DNA of 64,000 bases from Octopus sinensis (lineage: Eukaryota), in assembly GCF_006345805.1 (NCBI RefSeq), contig NC_043004.1, positions 85,188,001 to 85,252,000 on the forward strand, written 5' to 3'. Position 1 is the stretch's first letter, and each line of letters begins with the position of its first letter. Made by a program: the position numbers and the translations under genes. This document shows positions 15,930-30,000 of this stretch, piece by piece. The notes beneath the pieces were generated by a model, which was not told where the DNA came from, did no database searches, and saw only the letters and a list, made by a program, of their open reading frames with translations.

Positions 15930-16197
15930 TGAACTACTACTACGATGCTACTACTATGGTACTACTGCTACTACCACCACCACCACTACTACTACTATTA
16001 CTACTACTATTAAGAAGAAGAATAAGGAGAATGAGAAGAAAAAGAAGGAGAAGAAGAAGAAGAAGAAGAAGAAGAAAAACAACAACAACAACAACAATAT
16101 CAACAACAGCAACAAGATGACGATGAGGAAGAAGAAGAAGAAAAATAAGAAGAATGAGAAGGAGGAGGAGGGGAAAAGAAGAAGAAGAAGAAGGATG
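15930..16197. repeat. Compound (CTA)n/(AAG)n/(AAC)n microsatellite
   Basis: Direct reading; explains the poly-K/R/F ORFs. Confidence 0.9.
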
Positions 16198-17447
16198 TTT
16201 TCTTTATTAAACAGTAAGGCTTCGCATAAAAATTCTGGGGGCGATATCGGGCATATCGGGCAAGCCCCGCTGACAGCACTTCCTTGCCAGAAGAATTTCT
16301 CCAGAACTGGCAATGCTCTACCTCTGTAGCGCTGCCAGACCAAGGATTTCTAGAAATTATCGATAGACCCCCGACCCGAAATTCCTCTGGAACATACCAG
16401 CCAGTTGATTTCCGCTGACACCCGAAATCGTTCAAACGATTGTGTCTGCTAGATAACGGTCTCTTTTAGAAACACAAGGCCAGCAGTTTCTTCTGTCACG
16501 TGTTAGCTGGCTACTTCGTCCTCAGTGCTTGGCTAGTGCTTCATTTTACAGAGATAAATTACAGCTCACCTCAGCAGAGTGTGGACTCGAAACTGAAAGT
16601 TTCACTCGAACACTGCATGGTCTTTAGCCAGACAATCAATCCGTTCTACCACAAAGAAGTTCATTGAATAATTACTTATAATATAGAATGAATGCGTCAA
16701 ATTTTAGTGCGAATGTTTATTGGTTCATATTTTACTAACCCCGGATTTATTAAGTCCCTATTGAACCCCTGCTGTTCTATAACTCACAACGAACTGAACT
16801 AGAACAAATACTGCCAAACATTTTGTCCAGCAATTTTTTGAACCCAGTTTACTATTATTATTAAGGATAATATACTACGTCTTATGAACTACGAAATAAA
16901 AATATGTAGTACAAACAGGCTTCTGAGACAAGGCGTTGGAGAGAATGTCTCAAACAAAGCGGAAATATTTTGTGTTATGCCATTCAATGCCTACACATAC
17001 ACAACGCAATATCACTTGATGTTGTTATCAATGACTACCAGGAGTGTAAGTGTTACATAATGGAATTATCGCTTGCACTAGATGATAATGTTTCTCTCAA
17101 TATAACGTAAAAGAATGTACCGAGATATAAATTTGGAGGGTTAGCGATAACGATAACGTTTCAGCGGAAAGCATTAAAAATCCATACTGCCATTGATAGT
17201 TTAGAAATGAGGTGATTGAAATTTGTAACGATGTATTCGTCCTACGTGCAGCTGTATCAGTCAGCTAAGGAGGAATTGACCGTACTTTTCTTGTGGTTAA
17301 CTAATTTCTTATAACTGTAACTACCGTAGCACCTAGTGATATGAAAATAAAAGTTGTTTTTTTAATTAAAAAGAAACGACTTTGTACATTCAGGTGATTT
17401 TGATGTCGTTCCTGTTGCTTTCGGCTTTTCAGTTACTCTCTCTTTTT

Positions 17448-17834
17448 TTTTACTCTTTTACTTGTTTCAGTCATTTGACAGCGGCCATGCTGGAGCACCG
17501 CCTTTAATCGAGCAACTCGAGCCCGGGACTTATTTTTTTGTAAGCCCAGTACTTATTCTATCGGTCTATTTTGCCGAACCGCTAAGAAACGGGGACATAA
17601 ACAACACACCAGCATCGGTTGTCAAGCAATGCTAGGGAGACAAACACAGACATACAAACCACACGCACACACATACATATAAATACATATATACGACGGG
17701 CTTCTTTCAGTTTCCGTCTACCAAATCCACTCACAAGGCTTTGGTCGACCCGAGGCTATAGTAGAAGACACTTGGCCAAAGTGCCACGCAGTGGGACTGA
17801 CCCCGGAACCATGTGGTTGGTTAGCAAGCTACTT
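17448..17834 (-). mobile_element. tRNA-derived SINE, group A: body and tail, interrupted in its head by the 15.9-kb insertion
   Basis: Same sequence as the intact copies at 46296-47185 and 59935-60372. Stops at GTTAGCAAGCTACTT; the missing head resumes at 33706-33742. Confidence 0.9.
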
Positions 17835-18008
17835 TATTTCAAAACATTTGCCATAAAGGCAGTACACAGATTAAGTTAGATTTGCGGGCTGGACGAGGAC
17901 ATTAATGAGGTGAATGATAATGAAAGAAAGATGATAAGGATGGGAGAAGACAAAAAGCGCCCGCCGACTTTCGATTCTCTAAAACATTGTTCATTTTAAA
18001 GATAAACA

Positions 18009-21000
18009 CAAAACGAGGTATTAAACCTCTTACAATTTTTCCAATTTTTGGACTTAGCAGTCCATTATTAATAAAAATACAAAACGAGGTATTAAGCCTC
18101 TTACAATTTTTCAATTTTTGGACTTAGCAGTCCATTATTAATAAAAATACAAAACGAGGTATTAAGCCTCTTACAATTTTTCAATTTTTGGACTTAGCAG
18201 TCCATTATTAATAAGAATACAAAACGAGGTATTAAACCTCTTACAATTTTTCAATTTTTGGACTTAGCAGTCCACTATTAATAAAAATACAAAACGAGGT
18301 ATTAAACCTCTTACAATTTTTCCAATTTTTGGACTTAGCAGTCCATTATTAATAAAAATACAAAACGAGGTATTAAGCCTCTTACAATTTTTCAATTTTT
18401 GGACTTAGCAGTCCATTATTAATAAAAATACAAAACGAGGTATTAAACCTCTTACAATTTTTCCAATTTTTGGACTTAGCAGTCCATTATTGATAAAAAT
18501 ACAAAACGAGGTATTAAGCCTCTTACAATTTTTCAATTTTTGGACTTAGCAGTCCATTATTAATAAAAATACAAAACGAGGTATTAAACCTCTTACAATT
18601 TTTCCAATTTTTGGACTTAGCAGTCCATTATTAATAGAAATACAAAACGAGGTATTAAGCCTCTTACAATTTTTCAACTTTTGGACTTAGCAGTCCATTA
18701 TTAATAAAAATACAAAACGAGGTATTAAACCTCTTACAATTTTTCCAATTTTTGGACTTAGCAGTCCATTATAAAATAAAAATACAAAACGAGGTATTAA
18801 ACCTCTTACAATTTTACCAATTTTTGGACTTAGCAGTCCATTATTAATAAAAATACAAAACGAGGTATTAAACCTCTTACAATTTTTCCAATTTTTGGAC
18901 TTAGCAGTCCATTATTAATAAAAATACAAAACGAGGTATTAAACCTCTTACAATTTTTACAATTTTTAGACTTAGCAGTCAATTATTAATAAAAATACAA
19001 AACGAGGTATTAAGCCTCTTACAATTTTTCAATTTTTGGACTTAGCAGTCCATTATTAATAAAAATACAAAACGAGGTATTAAACCTCTTACAATTTTTC
19101 CAATTTTTGGACTTAGCAGTCCATTATTAATAAAAATACAAAACGAGGTATTAAGCCTCTTACAATTTTTCAATTTTTGGACTTAGCAGTCCATTATTAA
19201 TAAAAATACAAAACGAGGTATTAAACCTCTTACAATTTTTCCAATTTTTGGACTTAGCAGTCCATTATTAATAGGAATACAAAACGAGGTATTAAGCCTC
19301 TTACAATTTTTCAACTTTTGGACTTAGCAGTCCATTATTAATAAAAATACAAAACGAGGTATTAAACCTTTTACAATTTTTCCAATTTTTGGACTTAGCA
19401 GTCCATTATTAATAAAAATACAAAACGAGGTATTAAGCCTCTTACAATTTTTCAATTTTTGGACTTAGCAGTCCATTATTAATAAAAATACAAAACGAGG
19501 TATTAAACCTCTTACAATTTTACCAATTTTTGGACTTAGCAGTCCATTATTAATAAAAATACAAAACGAGGTATTAAACCTCTTACAATTTTTCCAATTT
19601 TTGGACTTAGCAGTCCATTATTAATAAAAATACAAAACGAGGTATTAAACCTCTTACAATTTTTCCAATTTTTGGACTTAGCAGTCCATTATTAATAAAA
19701 ATACAAAACGAGGTATTAAACCTCTTACAATTTTTCCAATTTTTGGACTTAGCAGTCCATTATTAATAGGAATACAAAACGAGGTATTAAGCCTCTTACA
19801 ATTTTTCAACTTTTGGACTTAGCAGTCCATTATTAATAAAAATACAAAACGAGGTATTAAACCTCTTACAATTTTTCCAATTTTTGGACTTAGCAGTCCA
19901 TTATTAAAAAAATACAAAACGAGGTATTAAGCCTCTTACAATTTTTCAATTTTGGACTTAGCAGTCCATTATTAATAAAAATACAAAACGAGGTATTAAA
20001 CCTCTTACAATTTTACCAATTTTTGGACTTAGCAGTCCATTATTAATAAAAATACAAAACGAGGTATTAAACCTCTTACAATTTTTCAATTTTTGGACTT
20101 AGCAGTCCATTATTAATAAAAATACAAAACGAGGTATTAAACCTCTTACAATTTTACCAATTTTTGGACTTAGCAGTCCATTATTAATAAAAATACAAAA
20201 CGAGGTATTAAACCTCTTACAATTTTTCAATTTTTGGACTTAGCAGTCCATTATTAATAAAAATACAAAACGAGGTATTAAACCTCTTACAATTTTTCAA
20301 TTTTGGACTTAGCAGTCCATTATTAATAAAAATACAAAACGAGGTATTAAACCTCTTACAATTTTTCAATTTTTGGACTTAGCAGTCCATTATTAATAAA
20401 AATACAAAACGAGGTATTAAACCTCTTACAATTTTTCAATTTTTGGACTTAGCAGTCCATTATTAATAAAAATACAAAACGAGGTATTAAGCCTCTTACA
20501 ATTTTTCAATTTTTGGACTTAGCAGTCCATTATTAATAAAAATACAAAACGAGGTATTAAGCCTCTTACAATTTTTCAATTTTTGGACTTAGCAGTCCAT
20601 TATTAATAAAAATACAAAAACGAGGTATTAAACCTCTTACAATTTTTCCAATTTTTGGACTTAGCAGTCCATTATTAATAAAAATACAAAACGAGGTATT
20701 AAACTTCTTACAATTTTTCAATTTTTGACTTAGCAGTCCATTATTAATAAAAATACAAAACGAGGTATTAAACCTCTTACAATTTTTCCAATTTTTGGAC
20801 TTAGCAGTCCATTATTAATAAAAATACAAAACGAGGTATTTAACCTCTTACAATCTTTCCAATTTTTGGACTTAGCAGTCCATTATTAATAAAAATACAA
20901 AACGAGGTATTAAACCTCTTACAATTTTTCAATTTTTGGACTTAGCAGTCCATTATTAATAAAAATACAAAACGAGGTATTAAACCTCTTACAATTTTTC

Positions 21001-24000
21001 AATTTTTGGACTTAGCAGTCCATTATTAATAAAAATACAAAACGAGGTATTAAACCTCTTACAATTTTTCCAATTTTTGGACTTAGCAGTCCATTATAAA
21101 ATAAAAATACAAAACGAGGTATTAAACCTCTTACAATTTTTCCAATTTTTGGACTTAGCAGTCCATTATTAATAAAAATACAAAACGAGGTATTAAGCCT
21201 CTTACAATTTTTCAATTTTTGGACTTAGCAGTCCATTATTAATAAAAATACAAAACGAGGTATTAAACCTCTTACAATTTTTCAATTTTTGGACTTAGCA
21301 GTCCATTATTAATAAAAATACAAAACGAGGTATTAAACCTCTTACAATTTTTCCAATTTTTGGACTTAGCAGTCCATTATTAATAAAAATAAACCTCTTA
21401 CAATTTTTCAATTTTTGGACTTAGCAGTCCATTATTAATAAAAATACAAAACGAGGTATTAAACCTCTTACAATTTTTCCAATTTTTGGACTTAGCAGTC
21501 CATTATTAATAAAAATACAAAACGAGGTATTAAACCTCTTACAATTTTTCCAATTTTTGGACTTAGCAGTCCATTATTAATAAAAATACAAAACGAGGTA
21601 TTAAACCTCTTACAATTTTTCCAATTTTTGGACTTAGCAGTCCATTATTAATAGGAATACAAAACGAGGTATTAAGCCTCTTACAATTTTTCAACTTTTG
21701 GACTTAGCAGTCCATTATTAATAAAAATACAAAACGAGGTATTAAACCTCTTACAATTTTTCCAATTTTTGGACTTAGCAGTCCATTATTAATAAAAATA
21801 CAAAACGAGGTATTAAGCCTCTTACAATTTTTCAATTTTTGGACTTAGCAGTCCATTATTAATAAAAATACAAAACGAGGTATTAAACCTCTTACAATTT
21901 TACCAATTTTTGGACTTAGCAGTCCATTATTAATAAAAATACAAAACGAGGTATTAAACCTCTTACAATTTTTCAATTTTTCGACTTAGCAGTCCATTAT
22001 TAATAAAAATACAAAACGAGGTATTAAACCTCTTACAATTTTTCAATTTTTGGACTTAGCAGTCCATTATTAATAAAAATACAAAACGAGGTATTAAACC
22101 TCTTACAATTTTTCAATTTTGGACTTAGCAGTCCATTATTAATAAAAATACAAAACGAGGTATTAAACCTCTTACAATTTTTCAATTTTTGGACTTAGCA
22201 GTCCATTATTAATAAAAATACAAAACGAGGTATTAAGCCTCTTACATTTTTCAATTTTTGGACTTAGCAGTCCATTATTAATAAAAATACAAAACGAGGT
22301 ATTAAGCCTCTTACAATTTTTCAATTTTTGGACTTAGCAGTCCATTATAATAAAAATACAAAAACGAGGTATTAAACCTCTTACAATTTTTCCAATTTTT
22401 GGACTTAGCAGTCCATTATTAATAAAAATACAAAACGAGGTATTAAACTTCTTACAATTTTTCAATTTTTGGACTTAGCAGTCCATTATTAATAAAAATA
22501 CAAAACGAGGTATTTAACCTCTTACAATCTTTCCAATTTTTGGACTTAGCAGTCCATTATTAATAAAAATACAAAACGAGGTATTAAACCTCTTACAATT
22601 TTTCAATTTTTGGACTTAGCAGTCCATTATTAATAAAAATACAAAACGAGGTATTAAACCTCTTACAATTTTTCAATTTTTGGACTTAGCAGTCCATTAT
22701 TAATAAAAATAAACCTCTTACAATTTTTCAATTTTTGGACTTAGCAGTCCATTATTAATAAAAATACAAAACGAGGTATTAAACCTCTTACAATTTTTCC
22801 AATTTTTGGACTTAGCAGTCCATTATTAATAAAAATACAAAACGAGGTATTAAGCCTCTTACAATTTTTCAATTTTTGGACTTAGCAGTCCATTATTAAT
22901 AAAAATACAAAAACGAGGTATTAAACCTCTTACAATTTTTCCAATTTTTGGACTTAGCAGTCCATTATTAATAAAAATACAAAACGAGGTATTAAACCTC
23001 TTACAATTTTTCAATTTTTGGACTTAGCAGTCCATTATTAATAGAAATACAAAAACGAGGTATTAAACCTCTTACAATTTTTCCAATTTTTGGACTTAGC
23101 AGTCCATTATTAATAAAAATACAAAACGAGGTATTAAACTCTTACAATTTTTCAATTTTTGGACTTAGCAGTCCATTATTAATAAAAATACAAAACGATG
23201 TATTAAGCCTCTTACAAATTTTCATTTTTGGACTTAGCAGTCCATTATTAATAAAAATACAAAACGAGGTATTAAACCTCTTACAATTTTTCCAATTTTT
23301 GGACTTAGCAGTCCATTATAATAAAAATACAAAACGAGGTATTAAACCTCTTACAATTTTTCCATTTTTGGACTTAGCAGTCCATTATTAATAAAAATAC
23401 AAAACGAGGTATTAAGCCTCTTACAATTTTTCAATTTTTGGACTTAGCAGTCCATTATTATAAAAAATACAAAACGAGGTATTAAACCTCTTACAATTTT
23501 TCCAATTTTTGGACTTAGCAGTCCATTATTAATAAAAATACAAAACGAGGTATTAAACCTCTTACAATTTTTCAATATTTGGACTTAGCAGTCCATTATT
23601 AATAAAAATACAAAACGAGGTATTAAGCCTCTTACAACTTTTCAATTTTTGGACTTAGCAGTCCATTATTAATAAAAATACAAAACGAGGTATTAAGCCT
23701 CTTACAATTTTTCAATTTTTGGACTTAGCAGTCCATTATTAATAAAAATACAAAACGAGGTATTAACCTCTTACAATTTTTCCAATTTTTGGACTTAGCA
23801 GTCCATTATTAATAGGAATACAAAAACGAGGTATTAAGCCTCTTACAATTTTTCAATTTTGGACTTAGCAGTCCATTATTAATAAAAATACAAAACGAGG
23901 TATTAAACCTCTTACAATTTTTCAATTTTTGGACTTAGCAGTCCATTATTAATAAAAATACAAAACGAGGTATTAAGCCTCTTACAATTTTTCAATTTTT

Positions 24001-27000
24001 GGACTTAGCAGTCCATTATTAATAAAAATACAAAACGAGGTATTAAACCTCTTACAATTTTACCAATTTTTGGACTTAGCAGTCCATTATTAATAAAAAT
24101 ACAAAACGAGGTATTAAACCTCTTACAATTTTTCAATTTTTGGACTTAGCAGTCCATTATTAATAAAAATACAAAACGAGGTATTAAACCTCTTACAATT
24201 TTACCAATTTTTGGACTTAGCAGTCCATTATTAATAAAAATACAAAACGAGGTATTAAACCTCTTACAATTTTTCAATTTTTGGACTTAGCAGTCCATTA
24301 TTAATAAAAATACAAAACGAGGTATTAAACCTCTTACAATTTTTCAATTTTTGGACTTAGCAGTCCATTATTAATAAAAATACAAAACGAGGTATTAAAC
24401 CTCATACAATTTTTCAATTTTTGGACTTAGCAGTCCATTATTAATAAAAATACAAAACGAGGTATTAAACCTCTTACAATTTTTCAATTTTTGGACTTAG
24501 CAGTCCATATTATAATAAATACAAAACGAGGTATTAAGCCTCTTACAATTTTTCAATTTTTGGACTTAGCAGTCCATTATTAATAAAAATACAAAACGAG
24601 GTATTAAGCCTCTTACAATTTTTCAATTTTTGGACTTAGCAGTCCATTATTAATAAAAATACAAAAACGAGGTATTAAACCTCTTACAATTTTACCAATT
24701 TTTGGACTTAGCAGTCCATTATTAATAAAAATACAAAACGAGGTATTAAACTTCTTACAATTTTTCAATTTTTGGACTTAGCAGTCCATTATTAATAAAA
24801 ATACAAAACGAGGTATTAAACCTCTTACAATTTTTCCAATTTTTGGACTTAGCAGTCCATTATTAATAAAAATACAAAACGAGGTATTTAACCTCTTACA
24901 ATCTTTCCAATTTTTGGACTTAGCAGTCCATTATTAATAAAAATACAAAACGAGGTATTAAACCTCTTACAATTTTTCAATTTTTGGACTTAGCAGTCCA
25001 TTATTAATAAAAATACAAAACGAGGTATTAAACCTCTTACAATTTTTCAATTTTGGACTTAGCAGTCCATTATTAATAAAAATACAAAACGAGGTATTAA
25101 ACCTCTTACAATTTTTCCAATTTTGGACTTAGCAGTCCATTATAAAATAAAAATACAAAACGAGGTATTAAACCTCTTACAATTTTTCCAATTTTTGGAC
25201 TTAGCAGTCCATTATTAATAAAAATACAAAACGAGGTATTAAGCCTCTTACAATCTTTCCAATTTTTGGACTTAGCAGTCCATTATTAATAAAAATACAA
25301 AACGAGGTATTAAACTTCTTACAATTTTTCAATTTTTGGACTTAGCAGTCCATTATTAATAAAAATACAAAACGAGGTATTTAACCTCTTACAATCTTTC
25401 CAATTTTTGGACTTAGCAGTCCATTATTAATAAAAATACAAAACGAGGTATTAAACCTCTTACAATTTTTCAATTTTTGGACTTAGCAGTCCATTATTAA
25501 TAAAAATACAAAACGAGGTATTAAACCTCTTACAATTTTTCAATTTTTGGACTTAGCAGTCCATTATTAATAAAAATAAACCTCTTACAATTTTTCAATT
25601 TTTGGACTTAGCAGTCCATTATTAATAAAAATACAAAACGAGGTATTAAACCTCTTACAATTTTTCCAATTTTTGGACTTAGCAGTCCATTATTAATAAA
25701 AATACAAAACGAGGTATTAAGCCTCTTACAATTTTTCAATTTTGGACTTAGCAGTCCATTATTAATAAAAATACAAAAACGAGGTATTAAACCTCTTACA
25801 ATTTTTCCAATTTTTGGACTTAGCAGTCCATTATTAATAAAAATACAAAACGAGGTATTAAACCTCTTACAATTTTTCAATTTTTGGACTTAGCAGTCCA
25901 TTATTAATAGAAATACAAAAACGAGGTATTAAACCTCTTACAATTTTTCCAATTTTTGGACTTAGCAGTCCATTATTAATAAAAATACAAAACGAGGTAT
26001 TAAACCTCTTACAATTTTTCAATTTTTGGACTTAGCAGTCCATTATTAATAAAAATACAAAACGATGTATTAAGCCTCTTACAAATTTTCAATTTTTGGA
26101 CTTAGCAGTCCATTATTAATAAAAATACAAAACGAGGTATTAAACCTCTTACAATTTTTCCAATTTTTGGACTTAGCAGTCCATTATTAATAAAAATACA
26201 AAACGAGGTATTAAACCTCTTACAATTTTTCCAATTTTTGGACTTAGCAGTCCATTATTAATAAAAATACAAAACGAGGTATTAAGCCTCTTACAATTTT
26301 TCAATTTTTGGACTTAGCAGTCCATTATTAATAAAAATACAAAACGAGGTATTAAACCTCTTACAATTTTTCCAATTTTTGGACTTAGCAGTCCATTATT
26401 AATAAAAATACAAAACGAGGTATTAAACCTCTTACAATTTTTCAATATTTGGACTTAGCAGTCCATTATTAATAAAAATACAAAACGAGGTATTAAGCCT
26501 CTTACAACTTTTCAATTTTTGGACTTAGCAGTCCATTATTAATAAAAATACAAAACGAGGTATTAAGCCTCTTACAATTTTTCAATTTTTGGACTTAGCA
26601 GTCCATTATTAATAAAAATACAAAACGAGGTATTAAACCTCTTACAATTTTTCCAATTTTTGGACTTAGCAGTCCATTATTAATAGGAATACAAAACGAG
26701 GTATTAAGCCTCTTACAATTTTTCAACTTTTGGACTTAGCAGTCCATTATAATAAAAATACAAAACGAGGTATTAAACCTCTTACAATTTTTCCAATTTT
26801 GGACTTAGCAGTCCATTATTAATAAAAATACAAAACGAGGTATTAAGCCTCTTACAATTTTTCAATTTTTGGACTTAGCAGTCCATTATTAATAAAAATA
26901 CAAAACGAGGTATTAAACCTCTTACAATTTTACCAATTTTTGGACTTAGCAGTCCATTATTAATAAAAATACAAAACGAGGTATTAAACCTCTTACAATT

Positions 27001-30000
27001 TTTCAATTTTGGACTTAGCAGTCCATTATTAATAAAAATACAAAACGAGGTATTAAACCTCTTACAATTTTACCAATTTTTGGACTTAGCAGTCCATTAT
27101 TAATAAAATACAAAACGAGGTATTAAACCTCTTACAATTTTCAATTTTTGGACTTAGCAGTCCATTATTAATAAAAATACAAAACGAGGTATTAAACCTC
27201 TTACAATTTTTCAATTTTTGGACTTAGCAGTCCATTATTAATAAAATACAAAACGAGGTATTAAACCTCATACAATTTTTCAATTTTTGGACTTAGCAGT
27301 CCATTATTAATAAAAATACAAAACGAGGTATTAAACCTCTTACAATTTTTCAATTTTGGACTTAGCAGTCCATTATTAATAAAAATACAAAACGAGGTAT
27401 TAAGCCTCTTACAATTTTTCAATTTTTGGACTTAGCAGTCCATTATTATAAAAATACAAAACGAGGTATTAAGCCTCTTACAATTTTCAATTTTTGGACT
27501 TAGCAGTCCATTATTAATAAAAATACAAAAACGAGGTATTAAACCTCTTACAATTTTACCAATTTTTGGACTTAGCAGTCCATTATTAATAAAAATACAA
27601 AACGAGGTATTAAACTTCTTACAATTTTTCAATTTTTGGACTTAGCAGTCCATTATTAATAAAAATACAAAACGAGGTATTAAACCTCTTACAATTTTTC
27701 CAATTTTTGGACTTAGCAGTCCATTATTAATAAAAATACAAAACGAGGTATTTAACCTCTTACAATCTTTCCAATTTTTGGACTTAGCAGTCCATTATTA
27801 ATAAAAATACAAAACGAGGTATTAAACCTCTTACAATTTTTCAATTTTTGGACTTAGCAGTCCATTATTAATAAAAATACAAAACGAGGTATTAAACCTC
27901 TTACAATTTTTCAATTTTTGGACTTAGCAGTCCATTATAATAAAAAATACAAAACGAGGTATTAAACCTCTTACAATTTTTCCAATTTTGGACTTAGCAG
28001 TCCATTATAAAAAAAAATACAAAACGAGGTATTAAACCTCTTACAATTTTTCCAATTTTTGGACTTAGCAGTCCATTATTAATAAAAATACAAAACGAGG
28101 TATTAAGCCTCTTACAATTTTTCAATTTTTGGACTTAGCAGTCCATTATTAATAAAAATACAAAACGAGGTATTAAACCTCTTACAATCTTTCCAATTTT
28201 TGGACTTAGCAGTCCATTATTAATAAAAATACAAAACGAGGTATTAAACCTCTTACAATTTTTCAATTTTTGGACTTAGCAGTCCATTATTAATAAAAAT
28301 ACAAAACGAGGTATTAAACCTCTTACAATTTTTCAATTTTTGGACTTAGCAGTCCATTATTAATAAAAATACAAAACGAGGTATTAAACCTCTTACAATT
28401 TTTCCAATTTTTGGACTTAGCAGTCCATTATAAAATAAAAATACAAAACGAGGTATTAAACCTCTTACAATTTTTCCAATTTTTGGACTTAGCAGTCCAT
28501 TATTAATAAAAATACAAAACGAGGTATTAAGCCTCTTACAATTTTTCAATTTTTGGACTTAGCAGTCCATTATTAATAAAAATACAAAACGAGGTATTAA
28601 ACCTCTTACAATTTTTCAATTTTTGGACTTAGCAGTCATTATTAATAAAAATACAAAACGAGGTATTAAACCTCTTACAATTTTTCCAATTTTTGGACTT
28701 AGCAGTCCATTATTAATAAAAATAAACCTCTTGCAATTTTTCAATTTTGGACTTAGCAGTCCATTATTAATAAAAATACAAAACGAGGTATTAAACCTCT
28801 TACAATTTTTCCAATTTTATGACTTAGCAGTCCATTATTAATAAAAATACAAAACGAGGTATTAAACCTCTTACAATTTTTCCAATTTTTGGACTTAGCA
28901 GTCCATTATTAATAAAAATACAAAACGAGGTATTAAACCTCTTACAATTTTTCCAATTTTTGGACTTAGCAGTCCATTATTAATAGGAATACAAAAACGA
29001 GGTATTTAGCCTCTTACAATTTTTCAACTTTTGGACTTAGCAGTCCATTATTAATAAAAATACAAAACGAGGTATTAAACCTCTTACAATTTTTCCAATT
29101 TTTGGACTTAGCAGTCCATTATTAATAAAAATACAAAACGAGGTATTAAGCCTCTTACAATTTTTCAATTTTTGGACTTAGCAGTCCATTATTAATAAAA
29201 ATACAAAACGAGGTATTAAACCTCTTACAATTTTACCAATTTTTGGACTTAGCAGTCCATTATTAATAAAAATACAAAACGAGGTATTAAACCTCTTACA
29301 ATTTTTCAATTTTTGGACTTAGCAGTCCATTATTAATAAAAATACAAAACGAGGTATTAAACCTCTTACAATTTTTCAATTTTTGGACTTAGCAGTCCAT
29401 TATTAATAAAAATACAAAACGAGGTATTAAACCTCTTACAATTTTTCAATTTTTGGACTTAGCAGTCCATTATTAATAAAAATACAAAACGAGGTATTAA
29501 ACCTCTTACAATTTTTCAATTTTTGGACTTAGCAGTCCATTATTAATAAAATACAAAACGAGGTATTAAGCCTCTTACAATTTTTCAATTTTTGGACTTA
29601 GCAGTCCATTATTAATAAAAATACAAAACGAGGTATTAAGCCTCTTACAATTTTTCAATTTTTGGACTTAGCAGTCCATTATTAATAAAAATACAAAAAC
29701 GAGGTATTAAACCTCTTACAATTTTTCCAATTTTTGGACTTAGCAGTCCATTATTAATAAAAATACAAAACGAGGTATTAAACTTCTTACAATTTTTCAA
29801 TTTTTGGACTTAGCAGTCCATTATTAATAAAAATACAAAACGAGGTATTTAACCTCTTACAATCTTTCCAATTTTTGGACTTAGCAGTCCATTATTAATA
29901 AAATACAAAACGAGGTATTAAACCTCTTACAATTTTTCAATTTTTGGACTTAGCAGTCCATTATTAATAAAATACAAAACGAGGTATTAAACCTCTTACA

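Noticed and set aside
16198-16460. GC-richer segment ending in AATAAA on the minus strand, possibly a LINE 3' end
   Set aside because: No protein motif or second copy in the window to support a call.
17902-28841. Minus-strand ORFs MKNCKRLNTSFCIFINNGLLSPK...
   Set aside because: Translations of the satellite; frames open and close with unit-length variants.
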